Origin: Lytechinus pictus
Lineage: Eukaryota
Direction: 5' to 3'
DNA length: 64,000 nt
Assembly (NCBI RefSeq): GCF_037042905.1
Contig: NC_087245.1
Span: 15,998,001-16,062,000, forward strand
The notes under the pieces are model-generated. The model saw only the letters and a program-made list of their open reading frames with translations, ran no database searches and was not told where the DNA came from. The position numbers and the translations under genes were made by a program. Shown here in pieces: positions 42,189 to 53,645 of the stretch (positions within the stretch are counted from its first letter, which is position 1; the number at the start of each line of letters is the position of its first letter).

Positions 42189-43706
42189 TACAAAGATTCA
42201 AGCGTGGTCACGCAATTCATTTTTGCTACATTTATTTAGATGCATATGACAAATCTCTGATATTTTCATCAAAAGCGTTTTTGTAATTCCGATTGCAAAA
42301 TGATCCACCAAAGAGGGCGACTGTCATGATTCTTTCATTTTCTTACATGTATTTTACCATTTTGTGAGGAATTAAATCTACAATCAATATTGCTTACAAA
42401 AAAAAGAGTATAAGTATAACTGAACAGCCGAGAATTGCAAATTTTACTGTCAACTCATCACCACACGGTATAGATCTTAGAGCGAGACATGGCAAGCAAC
42501 TCCTGGATGAGGAATGATAAATCATAACAGAACTGATTGATCACCAACAGATGAGGTACTGTTACCATATTTCCTTTGTTTTTTTATTTTGTTATTATTT
42601 TTGATAAAAATTGACAGCTGGGAAAGATGAATATTTTGAAAGATGCAAGAAATACTTTAAAATTGATCGTGGTATTACAAGAGATTGATTGGGGTAAAGT
42701 CATAACACACCTTGACTAAATCATCGATGGACAGTGATGAATAGAAACAAGATTTCATAGTAACTACATGGTACTTATGCTTTGTTTTTAGGGAAACAAA
42801 AATGAGCTAGATTTAAGATTATATTATATTTGTTTTAGAAATGCAAGTTGCTGTGAATCTTTTTTTTTCTAGAGTTAGTAATGATCTGTTTGAAGATCAG
42901 TTTTGTCATTGTGGGGGAAAATGCTCTATGGAATACATGCAAGGGGGTTATATTAAGTTGGTTGGGGAAAAAGTTAATTCTTCATATATTGCTGTTTAAA
43001 TTGTAGTTGAAATGATATTGTTGAATATTTCATTATGCTGTTCTTCTTCGTTGGTTTCTAAACTACGAAGGAAGATCGAGTTGATAGGATATCAAAACTT
43101 CTGAAAGAACAAAACTACCCCTCTTTCATGATTACTTGGTAGTGACAATACTTAAAAGCAAATTTTTTAAACGGAATGTTATAAGAGAAAGAATGTATTT
43201 CAACGAATTAGTAAAGACAGACAAGAGTGCAGGTATAATATATTGTAATTTTCAGAATGGTTACCCTGATTTTATTACGTAACTGAATAATTACTTCATT
43301 TTGTAAAAGGGCTTCTTTTCTGACCCACGGTATGATCAGGGATTGGAAACTTCCAACCCAATTCAGAATACGTCAGGGGCAGTGTTTTATTTTAAGCATG
43401 TTAGGTTAGTTTATTTCTGGGGACAACATTCTTTCACAACATATCTGGGGCTTTGGCATTCCTACAGTGATGTTATTGCATGGTGAATAATAAAAGAACT
43501 GGCATGTCTTCGGAATGAATGAGGACAAAAAATCATTAAGATAAGAAAAGGAATATCTTTGTCAAATACTTTTGAAGTAGACGCTGGAATGACAAAATAA
43601 AAACTACCTTCCGAAAAAACACAAAAGATTTGCGAGTTTTGGTTGACAAGTTGTGTTAAGTAAATCATGTTGCCTCGTTTGGAATTGTTCTTGATTTTCA
43701 TAAAAC

Positions 43707-44116
43707 CAGTGCTTCCACTTTTCAAAATGGAACTTTTTTGGAATTTACTCTGAAAGTTCCAGGAATTTTACAGAATATCCTGGAATTTTCCGAATTTTCT
43801 CCAGTCTTTCATAAGTTATAATTTTCTACTTTACACACAAAAAATGAAAAATAGGGCCCAGTGTCGTAATTTAGACAAAATTTTGAGGGGCGAAACATGA
43901 CATAACGGGCAAAGTTTATAAAGAGTTGCGAGCGAGCGAAGCTCGCGAGTAAAAATTTTGACATTTTAATAAAAAAGATCAAATTTTGTGATAGATTTTA
44001 ACATACTATTCAGAACATAATATCATTCCCGAAAATGATAACTTCCTGGAAAACTTCTTGGAATTAAGTTCTTACTTCTTGGAATTTCCTGGATTCCAGG
44101 AAAAATGGAAGCACTG
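43707..44116. mobile_element. hAT-type MITE with perfect 8-bp TSD
   Basis: cataaaac|CAGTGCTTCCA ... TGGAAGCACTG|cataaaac, with subterminal ggaa/ttcc motifs. It contains a fragment of another MITE family at ~43860-44030. Confidence 0.9.
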
Positions 44117-44220
44117 CATAAAACGGAAGTGAGGTATTTAGTTATTTAAAAATAGGAGAAGGAAACAAAGTCGAATTCGTAAAATGTAGAACCCTGGTTT
44201 AGGCGAGGTAATGTGCTATA

Positions 44221-46386
44221 CAGTGCGTATCAATAAAAACGGGACAGTTTTGAAAAGTCTATCAAAATTTTGTTTCAAATTATGATGTCTATATTTTGAT
44301 GTTAGTAGATGCTTTGATGTCTTATCTTTCAAGTGCCATCTTAAAAGATGAATTTTTTTCATGCTTGAGCGAACACGAAACGTTTTTGTGAGGGGTTAAA
44401 AAAAGTTGCGCCAAATGGCATAAACTATTGATCATCAGACTTCTTGCGAATTGCTGATTCTTTATGTTCTGTTGGAAAAAAATCTGAATCTAATCAGCAA
44501 ACTTTCACATATTTTTTTCATTATATTTGTCATAATTTTCGAATTATGCTCTAAAAATCCATTTACAAATGCATTCATTTACTTGATTTGTTCTGGTTTT
44601 TTTAAATATGGTATCTTTTAGCAGTGAATGTTTTTTTTTTCATTAGTAAAATGTAAAAAATTGTCAACCCAAGTAAGGGGATTCGCATTATAAATAGGAG
44701 GGATTGTTACTTAATAAAATCTTTTTATTATGTGCTGCAAAGGCTATGATGCCTTTGAAAGACATTCTGTTGGAATTAACATTGTCCTGTCAAGCACACA
44801 ATTTAACATGCTCTAGGAATCAATGTCCCCTTGACCATGTTGACAATTTGATTCATATCTTTCAAAGGCACCATAAACTTTGTTGCACATAATAAAAGGA
44901 TATGACTAAATTACAAGCTTTCCCATTAATAACAGAAATCTCCTTGCTTAGGTTGACAAAAAGTTCTTTTTTCTTACTTATCAAAGAATATTCAATCCTA
45001 ATAGATGACATATTTAAATGAAACAAGGTGGTTTGCGAACCATGAGTCTCGACTGATTTCGCGATGATTAAAATAGGCAATATAATCTTTTGACTCCGAG
45101 ATGACCTTTGACCCCAACATCCTCATGGATACACATAGTATTACCCAAGTGTCATATGTGCCAAATATGAAAATAATTGATGCAGAAATAAAGAAACGAG
45201 AGCAAGTTTAACAAAAACTTCAAAAAAGGATGGAAATGACCACATATCATTTGGTCTTTTGACCCTTCGATCTCATCATTCTCATGAACACATGATATTA
45301 CCCAAGGATCATATTTACCAAGTATGAACATAATTGATGCAGAAATAAAGAAATGAGAGCAAGTTGAAAAACAAGTGGAATGCCTCTGGCCGTCTCACCT
45401 GCATCACGCGATTCAATATAGCAGCAGTGCTGATTTTGAAAACTACTATAACTCGCACAAGATGTTCAGTGATACTTGGTTACTCTTATTTCCACGTTTT
45501 ATGAACTAGACCAATACACTTATAGAGATATGATGGCAATTCAACAAATACCCCCAACGTGGCCAAAGTTCTTTGACCTTACATGACCTTTGACCTTGAT
45601 CATGTGACCTGAAACTCGCACAGGATGTTCAGTGATACTTGATTACTCTTATGTTAAAGTTTTATGAACTAGACCAACACACTTTCAAATTTATGGCTGT
45701 AATTCAACAAATACCCCAATTTGGCCAAAGTTCATTGACCCTAAATGACCTTTGACCTTGATCATGTGACCTGAAACTTGCACAGAATGTTCAGTAATAC
45801 TTGATTACTATTATGTCCACGTTTCATGAATCAGATCCATAAACTTTCAAAGTTATGATGGTAATTCAACAGATACCCCCAATTCGGCCAAAGTTCATTG
45901 ACCCTAAATGACCTTTGACCTTGGTCATGTGACATGAAACTCAGGCAGGATGTTCAGTAATACTTGATTAACCTTATGGCCAAGTTTCATGAACTAGGTC
46001 CATATACTTTCTAAGTTATGCTGTCATTTCAAAAACTTAACCTCAGGTTAAGATTTGGTGTTGACGCCACCGCCGCCGCCGCCGTCGCCGCCGCCGTCGG
46101 AAAAGCGGCGCCTATAGTCTCACTCTGCTATGCAGGTGAGACAAAAACTAGCAAGAAGTCTAATGATCAATATTTTTTAATTTTATGCCATTTGGCGCAA
46201 GCCTTTTTTTAACCCCTGACAAAAACGTTTCGTGTTCACTAAAGCATGAACAAAACTAATTTTTTAGAAATGGTATTTGAAAGATAAGACTTCAGAGCAT
46301 GTGTTAACTTCAAAATATAGACATCATAATTTGAAACAAAATTTTGATAGACTTTTTAAAACTGTCCAGTCTTTTTATATGCACTG
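44221..46386. mobile_element. Tc1/mariner-type non-autonomous element with ~230-bp TIRs, interrupted by nested insertions
   Basis: TA|CAGTGC ... GCACTG|TT. 44221-44450 and ~46148-46386 are reverse complements (e.g. aaaagtctatcaaaattttgtttcaaattatgatgtctatattttg). Confidence 0.85.
45368..46147 (-). mobile_element. Helentron-associated (DINE-1/HINE-like) element with ~3.5 copies of a ~163-bp internal repeat
   Basis: 13-bp subterminal IR gtctcacctgcat (45392-45404 / 46130-46142), partial IR gtctcactctgc, (GCC)n microsatellite at 46065-46098, tandem units starting at 45451, 45614, 45776 and 45939, and A/T-run insertion ends. Confidence 0.8.
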
Positions 46387-46680
46387 TTGTATAGCTATGA
46401 CGTGACTGTTTTCATCAACTTTGATCGGTCCGCGGAGGTTGGTGGCGAGAGTTCAAGTTTTTTATTATGATTTATTTATTTATTTTAATTGACCTCATCT
46501 CTGGGTTCTCGGGACAATCGGAGCAGACTTGGCGTGGTTTACAGTGGTCAACTGAATGATTTGGATAATATACCCGTAATTATTTCATTATTTATGATAT
46601 CATCAATGACGCGCGTACGTCTTCTCGGCTCTGATTAGCCCGGGAAAGCAGGAATACGAGAGTATATCGTTTGAGACCTA

Positions 46681-47131
46681 TACCGTGTTTACACTTGATC
46701 GGCTTTTGGTTCAGAACCAAAAGCTGATGCAGGATCGGCTTTTGGTTTGCGTTTACACGTTGTTGCAGCTCGCGGTTCAGAACCGCGAGCCGATGCAAAA
46801 ACCTGAAATGATACGCACACCAACAATATACGTCATAATAAAGACAACGCTGGATCAGTGCGCTTACAATTACGTCACAATGGTAAAGTAAATGAAATGC
46901 GCACAAATTGCCGGTGCAGAATCGGCTTTCTGTTTACACGTAGTAAAAAAGCCGATTCTGCATCGGCTCGCGGTTCTGAACCTACTACTTTGGTGGTGCA
47001 AATTGCCGGTTCTGAACCGCGAGCCGCTGCAAGTTACTCGCGTTTACACGCTATGAAAAAGCCAATGCTGCATCGGCTCGCGGTTCAGAACCGCGAGCCG
47101 ATTCAAAAGCCGATTAAGTGTGAACACGGTA
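46681..47131. mobile_element. PIF/Harbinger-like palindromic MITE
   Basis: cta|TACCGTGTTTACACTT ... AAGTGTGAACACGGTA|cta (3-bp duplication); internal repeated palindromes gctcgcggttcagaaccgcgagc. Confidence 0.8.
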
Positions 47132-47689
47132 CTAGTCACTAGCTTCTTGCGGTCAGAGGATGTACATGGCTGGTCAACTTGGGGTGGATGAATGGTCAGA
47201 CGGCTCGGGAACGAGCTGTACTTTTTAAACAGGGCTCGTCACTAGCTGGTCTTAAGTTATTTTTATGAGCATTAAGAGGTTTCCAGCAGACAGAAATTAC
47301 ATGTAAATCTTGTAACTGATGTTTTTCCACTCTTTTCGCATCAATGGGGAATAAGGAAATTGACTTCTTCTTAAATTGATAGTAAAGTATGTTGAATAGT
47401 TAGATTGCATACAAAATTTTGAGACTTAAAGAATGATATGGAGAGGAAGAAAGCCACAATTATAAAGATTTTTGTGCTTGATTTTACAAATTATGGAAAA
47501 TGGCCATGGAATATTAAAAAAAAATTGTGCTCTCTGTCCTATTGAATGCGAAATTTTTAGAGGGCTGGCATATTTATCAAATAAATGTTAACGCCAATTG
47601 TTAGGATATAAAAAGGAAAATAGCTAGTTATTCAAATAGAAGAAGTAAATCAGTTTTGTCGAACACGCAAAAATATACATAGAGAGAGA

Positions 47690-47875
47690 CTTATTGGTGG
47701 GTTTTCTAGATGTAATTAATGTGTGGCAAAAGCGGCATCCTTTACAAAAAAAGAATTTACTTAAAAAAAAAAATAATCCCTTTGTTCAGAGCAGATTAGA
47801 TTATATTTTTATCTCAAAATTAGAAAAGTACGTGAAAAGTTCAGACCTTTTACCCTCTATCACTCCTGACCTAGC
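47690..47875 (+). mobile_element. L1/Tx1-type LINE endonuclease (APE) remnant
   Basis: Translation INVWQKRHP...QSRLDYIFIS...SITPD resembles the DxWR..HP...SRLDYIF...SDH motifs of L1/Tx1 endonucleases; degraded. Confidence 0.65.
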
Positions 47876-48119
47876 CTTTAAACAAGGCCCTGTATCTGTA
47901 ATGATATTTATATCACATACCTACCGACTGGGAAAACAAATATTCGCAAAAACCGAGTGGGTGCCACTGATATGATTTCGAGCTCAATTTGCTTTGGATT
48001 TCTTATTTTAACCACTGTTTCCGAATCGGAATCGCTACCTGAGAGGTAGTGGCCAACCAGCGAGCAGCCACAGAAGCGAACAAACCCAGTCCCATGACGT
48101 CATAGACACCGTCGCGACG

Positions 48120-50121
48120 CACAGTGGGCCAGGAGAGAGCAAAAGTGCGCCAAAACTGGTTTTTGGTCATGAAACAAATTTTGTTTTTTTCATGTTCTAA
48201 GCAAAGATAAGAACCTGTAGAATGCCTCCGTACAATATTTCTCCATTAAATTGAATATTAGTTGCCCATTTTTATTCAATGTTACCGGAAAATGACTCTT
48301 TACGGCTACCGCATGTGTAAATGACACGTTTTAGATATTTCACTGTTTTAACAAAACGGATTGCTTAATTTATTTCTAATTCACGGTGCTCTTTGATGAA
48401 TAATTGTTTGAAGTGATCAAAGATTTTAAAGATAAAATGATAATCCCTTCAGAGGCAATTTTGGACGAAACCATTTGACAATGGGGGTGTTTTAGCATTT
48501 TTTTTTTTCATGAGCATTTCTTTTACAAATTGCTGCCGATTGCTGCGCTGTAGATACCATGGCGGTCTTTGTTATAGTTCATGCTTTACACTGATACCAA
48601 ATTTAGCTGCATATACGTGCATTTTCTGGAGATATAACAAATTTTCCAACCACATGTTCGCCGTATTTATCACAAAAATCGGTCCAAGTTACTGTCCCAT
48701 TATGCGCGTGCATGCCGAACGTTGCGGGTGACATTAAACATCAAACTCCCCGTCGCGTTCTGGGAGAGAGAGAGAGAGAGAGGGGGGGGGGGGGTGTCTG
48801 GCTCAAGTGTGTGGCTCTTGTGACTGGTGTCTGCCTTTAAAATATTTTCGTTAAACATATGTAAAGGCAAGCTTTCATTTCCAATTCCACTAACTATATA
48901 ATAATACATGTAACGCAACTTCATTTTGATGCCAAACTGTTCCATCCCGTGTTCCATATCTGAAATGCTGTCACACTGAGAAGATTAATTCTTAAGGTAA
49001 GGTTCCCGGGTAAGATTATATATTTGGTTTGTTGTTCATAAAACCAAGTAGAGGCTACTGTATATCGCTATAACACACATGACTAGGGATGTGATAGGTC
49101 TCTCGCAGTTTTCTGACAAAATATGAAAATGTGTATAGGACACAGATGGGATATACGTGGGCTATATTACATGTATAAATTGCGTTATCATTATTAGTAT
49201 TTATCCCACAAAAGGGTTTGTAACTTCACATACACGTATGAATTCGTTTATCTCTTGGCTCATTCTAAATTTGCCATAATTGTTGGTATCGATCAAGAAG
49301 GAAGTGTATATTATCATTTCAATGATTGTTTGGTTTATGATTCTCATTGACTTTATATGTATTCCACAGGCTAATGGTAACAGGTGACATTGTGATTAGT
49401 AGCAAGTTTTTAAGAGTACAACAATCACAGTCTCTTCCCCCTGATGTTCAAAGTATGCTAAAAAGATCCTCTCACCAAAGACATAATAGTTGTTGAGATA
49501 GTAGAGAGAGACTCTGATTCGGAATAACTTTGTATACGCCGTTCTTGGTAGGCCTTGTAGGGCCTTGTACTGATTAACCTGCATAGGACCCGGCCTCTAT
49601 TCACTGGAATCATTATTTTAAAGATTTCACTGTCCACTTCTGGTATCAATCCATTTTAATTTGTGTAGGTGTGGTTAATCATTGTACACAGGGAATAAAA
49701 AACTCCTTTTCATTTTTTTTTACAATTTCACTTTGAATTTTACAATTCCGGATTCATGGTAGGACGCCCTCTTTAAGCGATACTCAAGTCACCAATTGAA
49801 TTATTTGTACCCCGAGCCCAGACTTTTCTGGTTTGGTTGCCTGTTTGTGTGTTTGCTGTTTGCTGATATGCTTAATTATTGCTGAAATTTATCTAAAACT
49901 AGTTTCTGAAAATTTGAAACTTATTGTAGAATTAGAAACATGTAATTTCTGCTCAAATGTTAACAGCCAATCAGAAAGCAGTGTTTTACCGACGTCATCA
50001 ATATTTGAAAATACTTTTATTGAATTCTACGGGTGAAATTACCCCTATCTACCAAATTTAATCATACAAATGTGTGAAAAATGGGTTTTGGCGCACTTTG
50101 GGTTCATTCTGGCCCACTGTG
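48120..50121. mobile_element. Non-autonomous Transib/RAG-like DNA transposon with RSS-like ends
   Basis: cgacg|CACAGTGGGCCAG...AAAGTGCGCCAAAAC at the left end and GTTTTGGCGCACTTTG...CTGGCCCACTGTG|cgacg at the right end; perfect 5-bp TSD CGACG; no intact transposase ORF inside. Confidence 0.9.
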
Positions 50122-52329
50122 CGACGGTGAGAGTTGGCGCATCGGCCTCATCTGCATGCTCATTAATAATTCATATTTACGTCTTAAGTTTGCGAAACCT
50201 TTGTATTTAGCTATACCCTGTTTATGTTTTTTTACGTGATATGGAAAGTATTAATGCTTGTTGTCGTGTGGAATTTGTTTTGACAGAAATATTGCACTTC
50301 TGGGAAAAATATAAACCCATCTGAAACCGTATGGCTTAATTAAATCTGTGTTCGGTCCATGGTTTAAATTAAAAGTTCCCCTTATAAAACGCTTTATTTG
50401 ATTTAGACGCGAGGCAAAAGAAAGGGTAAACAGGTAAATGTAATTATCTAATAATTCTTCCGACGAAATTCAATATATCATAAAATAAAAGTTGCTTTAT
50501 TTTATTTCCATCGTTAAAAACTACCCTCTGCCCCCCCCCCCCCCCATAGAAATGCATGCGCAGTTACTGGTCTTTCTTTATGGGAACCCTGAGTAAGCAC
50601 GGAAGGAAGAGGGAAAATTGGGAAATGCAGAAGAGAAATGAGGAAAAAGGGTGAAGGGAAGGGAGAGAAAGAACTGGGAGTTATGGTACAGAGGGTGAGG
50701 GAGCGAGGGGCCAAGGAGAAATAGTGATAGGAGGCAGGATAGATAAGAGAGAGAGGGTGGAAGGTTACGGTTATAGTTGAAGAACAGGGAGTGCCGGAAG
50801 GAGAGAGGGGGTTAGACAGAGTTGAGGGGGGTCAGTGAGGTAGAGGATGAGTGTGGGGGAAGAAATGGAGACATACAGGGGAAATAGAGTGATAGAGGGG
50901 AAAATAAAGGGAATGGTGAGACAGACATGACAGAGAGAGAGGTATAAAGAAAGCAGGGGCTTACAGATTGGGTGTGGGGCTTGGGGGTCTCCCCCCCCCC
51001 CAGGAAAGAAATACATTTGCAGGGCTACCGCGCGATCTATGTGTAGCCTATTGACGAAACTCGTAAGAACTTATATGCCTACGATATATCACATGATATA
51101 TGAGTAAAGGCAAATGGGACCATGGCACATGCAATGAAACAGTAAAGTGAACAGCTTATTACAGTACACCATACACTTTCATACGAATTTTCAGTAGATC
51201 TGTTTTGGGGCTATTATCAACCTTTATATTATGTCATACATGCCGCCGTACTTTCTGAATTTTATGCACAATGTGTAGGAATCCATTCTTGCACGTACGA
51301 ACAATCAACAATAATGGGATTTTTTTTCATTTCTATATTAATGAGGTAAAACTAAGCAAAATAAAAATAATCAAAAGAAAAGCGTAACAATTTCTCTCTC
51401 TCTTTTGTGTGTGTGTGTGTGGGGGGGGGGGGGTGTATATTGCCATAAAACGAACCTAACTTTCAAAAATAACGTTGTAGATAATCATTATATAGATTCC
51501 TAGAGTAAATTTCTCCTTGCCAATTTTGCTGTATCTTTAGCATCATCAGAGGTTAAAAGCTTTATAAAGGACTGTTTGCTGAGTCGAAAGAACGTGTTCT
51601 CCCTGTTATATTCAAACACGTGCATTATCATACAAACAATTTGCCTTTAATCATCGTTGTTTATATCATACGTGTTGTTTTCAGCTTCTCGGCTGTTGTA
51701 ATTAAACATGCCCCATATCTGACCATGCGAGAGTCTAATATTTAAACGCTAACCATTTTACTTTAAACTTTATTCCCACATAGGCGATACGTGCCCAGAA
51801 ATTGCCCCCATTCCGTTCCTTAACAAGGGAAGAAGTGAAAAATGCTCAGTTATTTTGTTAAGACAGAAATTCAATAAAATAAGTTATTAAATAATATCTC
51901 ACCTAAAATTTGGTCGATGCACTTACCATGTTGACGAAAAATGGTATATTGTAATTCAATTTTACAGTAGGTTTTAATGGAATGGCAAGCAGAGATACGA
52001 TGGTTATAAACTGGAACATTTTTAGACATACCCCTTTCTCTATTCGAGAGCTGGAGTGATTTAAAACACATATACGGGCTGTCTATATACAATACCCGTA
52101 TCAGTGTTTAATTGTTCGTAACGGCGTCATCTCACGAGGAAATTATCTTTATTATTAATCACGTGGAGCCTTCTCTGTATGCTGGTTTAGTCAGTAATGT
52201 ACGCAATTCATCCTTATGGTGGTAAGCTTATTTTACTCTTTGTAATTCAAACAATGTGACCTTATCGTTTATTGTCTGTAAGCTTAAGTCCATGCGTCTT
52301 CCGCTCTTTTTCATCCTACTTCTGCTCCT

Positions 52330-52420
52330 ACTCTTCTTCTTCTTCTTCTTCTTTTTCTTCTTCGTCGTCGTCTTCTTCTGCTTCTTCTTCTTCGTCTCCT
52401 CCTCCTTCTTCTTCTTCTTC
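52330..52420. repeat. (TCT)n microsatellite
   Basis: tcttcttct run with tcg/cct variants; explains the poly-Ser ORF. Confidence 0.95.
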
Positions 52421-53645
52421 TGGAAATAAGTTTGAACGGCATCTTTTAGGAATTACTATTTCTGTCTTTCATTATTTTATGAAATATTTATTTTCACTTT
52501 TAGTCATTTTTCTTTGCTCGTTCATGGTCTATTCCCTCATCTTTCAAATTGCCAGTTTTTCTTTTTGGTCTCTAATTTCCAAAACATTAAGTGAAATTTA
52601 TAACATTAAAGAACTCCAAATCCAATCGATGTCAGGTTATTTTGAATTTGATCGCTCTTGCAGTCGGTTGCGATGGTGTGACTGCCAGAAAATTACACTA
52701 ATTCATTTCAGATCATTTCAATGTCGTTCATGCATTATTCCTCAGTTGATGTGCAATTCATCGCAGGGTTATAGTTGTTAAAAAGTAATAGATTCAGCAT
52801 ATCTACCTCACAATTTGTTTTTTTTTAACTGATCTCGGATAACCTGTTCCGGGCCTCGTTAGTAATGATTTTTGTATGTTCACGCGATATTGGTAATTCA
52901 ATAATTAGATTTATAGCTAAATTGACGTTAGCTGGGTGTTAGGTCTTCCAGGAGGCATTTCGTTGAAGGGAGGGGCAGATGACAACACCGTGTCAAAAAT
53001 TGTGCAATGTTCTTCAGTTTCTTGGACGTGCCTGTGCCATCCGGAGTACTCATGATTTGACACTCAGATATAAGGAAGTGGTTATTGCATTTTTCCTTAT
53101 TTTAGGAACAACACGTTTTTCTCTCTCATAAATTCTTAATTGTTTGTTCGACTTTCCGTGTACCCTATTTGTTGAAATCCGCCAACCGCCTCGCTCCAAA
53201 TTGGTATTTGAGGTGATATGATACCTGCATCATCACCAATGTTCTCTAGTCAAGTATAATGTTGTTATTATTCATGATTTTCACACGATACCCAGTTCTT
53301 TACCACTATCGATGTGAAGTGATCACATCGGAAGGAGAGGAAATAAAAACAATACAACATAATTATAATGATTATGTTTATGCTTGTTCTTTCAGATCTC
53401 ATAGTTGCTGTGCATAAAAGCATTGCAGTTTCTCTCCTGATCAGGAATTTAGAGATTAACAACTTCAGACTTTATATCATTTGAAACTTAAAGAAATATT
53501 CTGTTAGCATGGAGAGAATGAACTTTGTTTAGCAGTAACAAAATATGACTGCTGGATTACTACACGTAAATGATATATTTCTCGCATTAATCTCAAAAGG
53601 ATAAGGATACATTCATCAACAAATATCTGTGTGAAACTACACAAA

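Noticed and set aside
52272..52781. 169-aa Ser-rich ORF
   Set aside because: Non-ATG start, driven by a (TCT)n repeat and T-rich sequence, with no recognisable domain.
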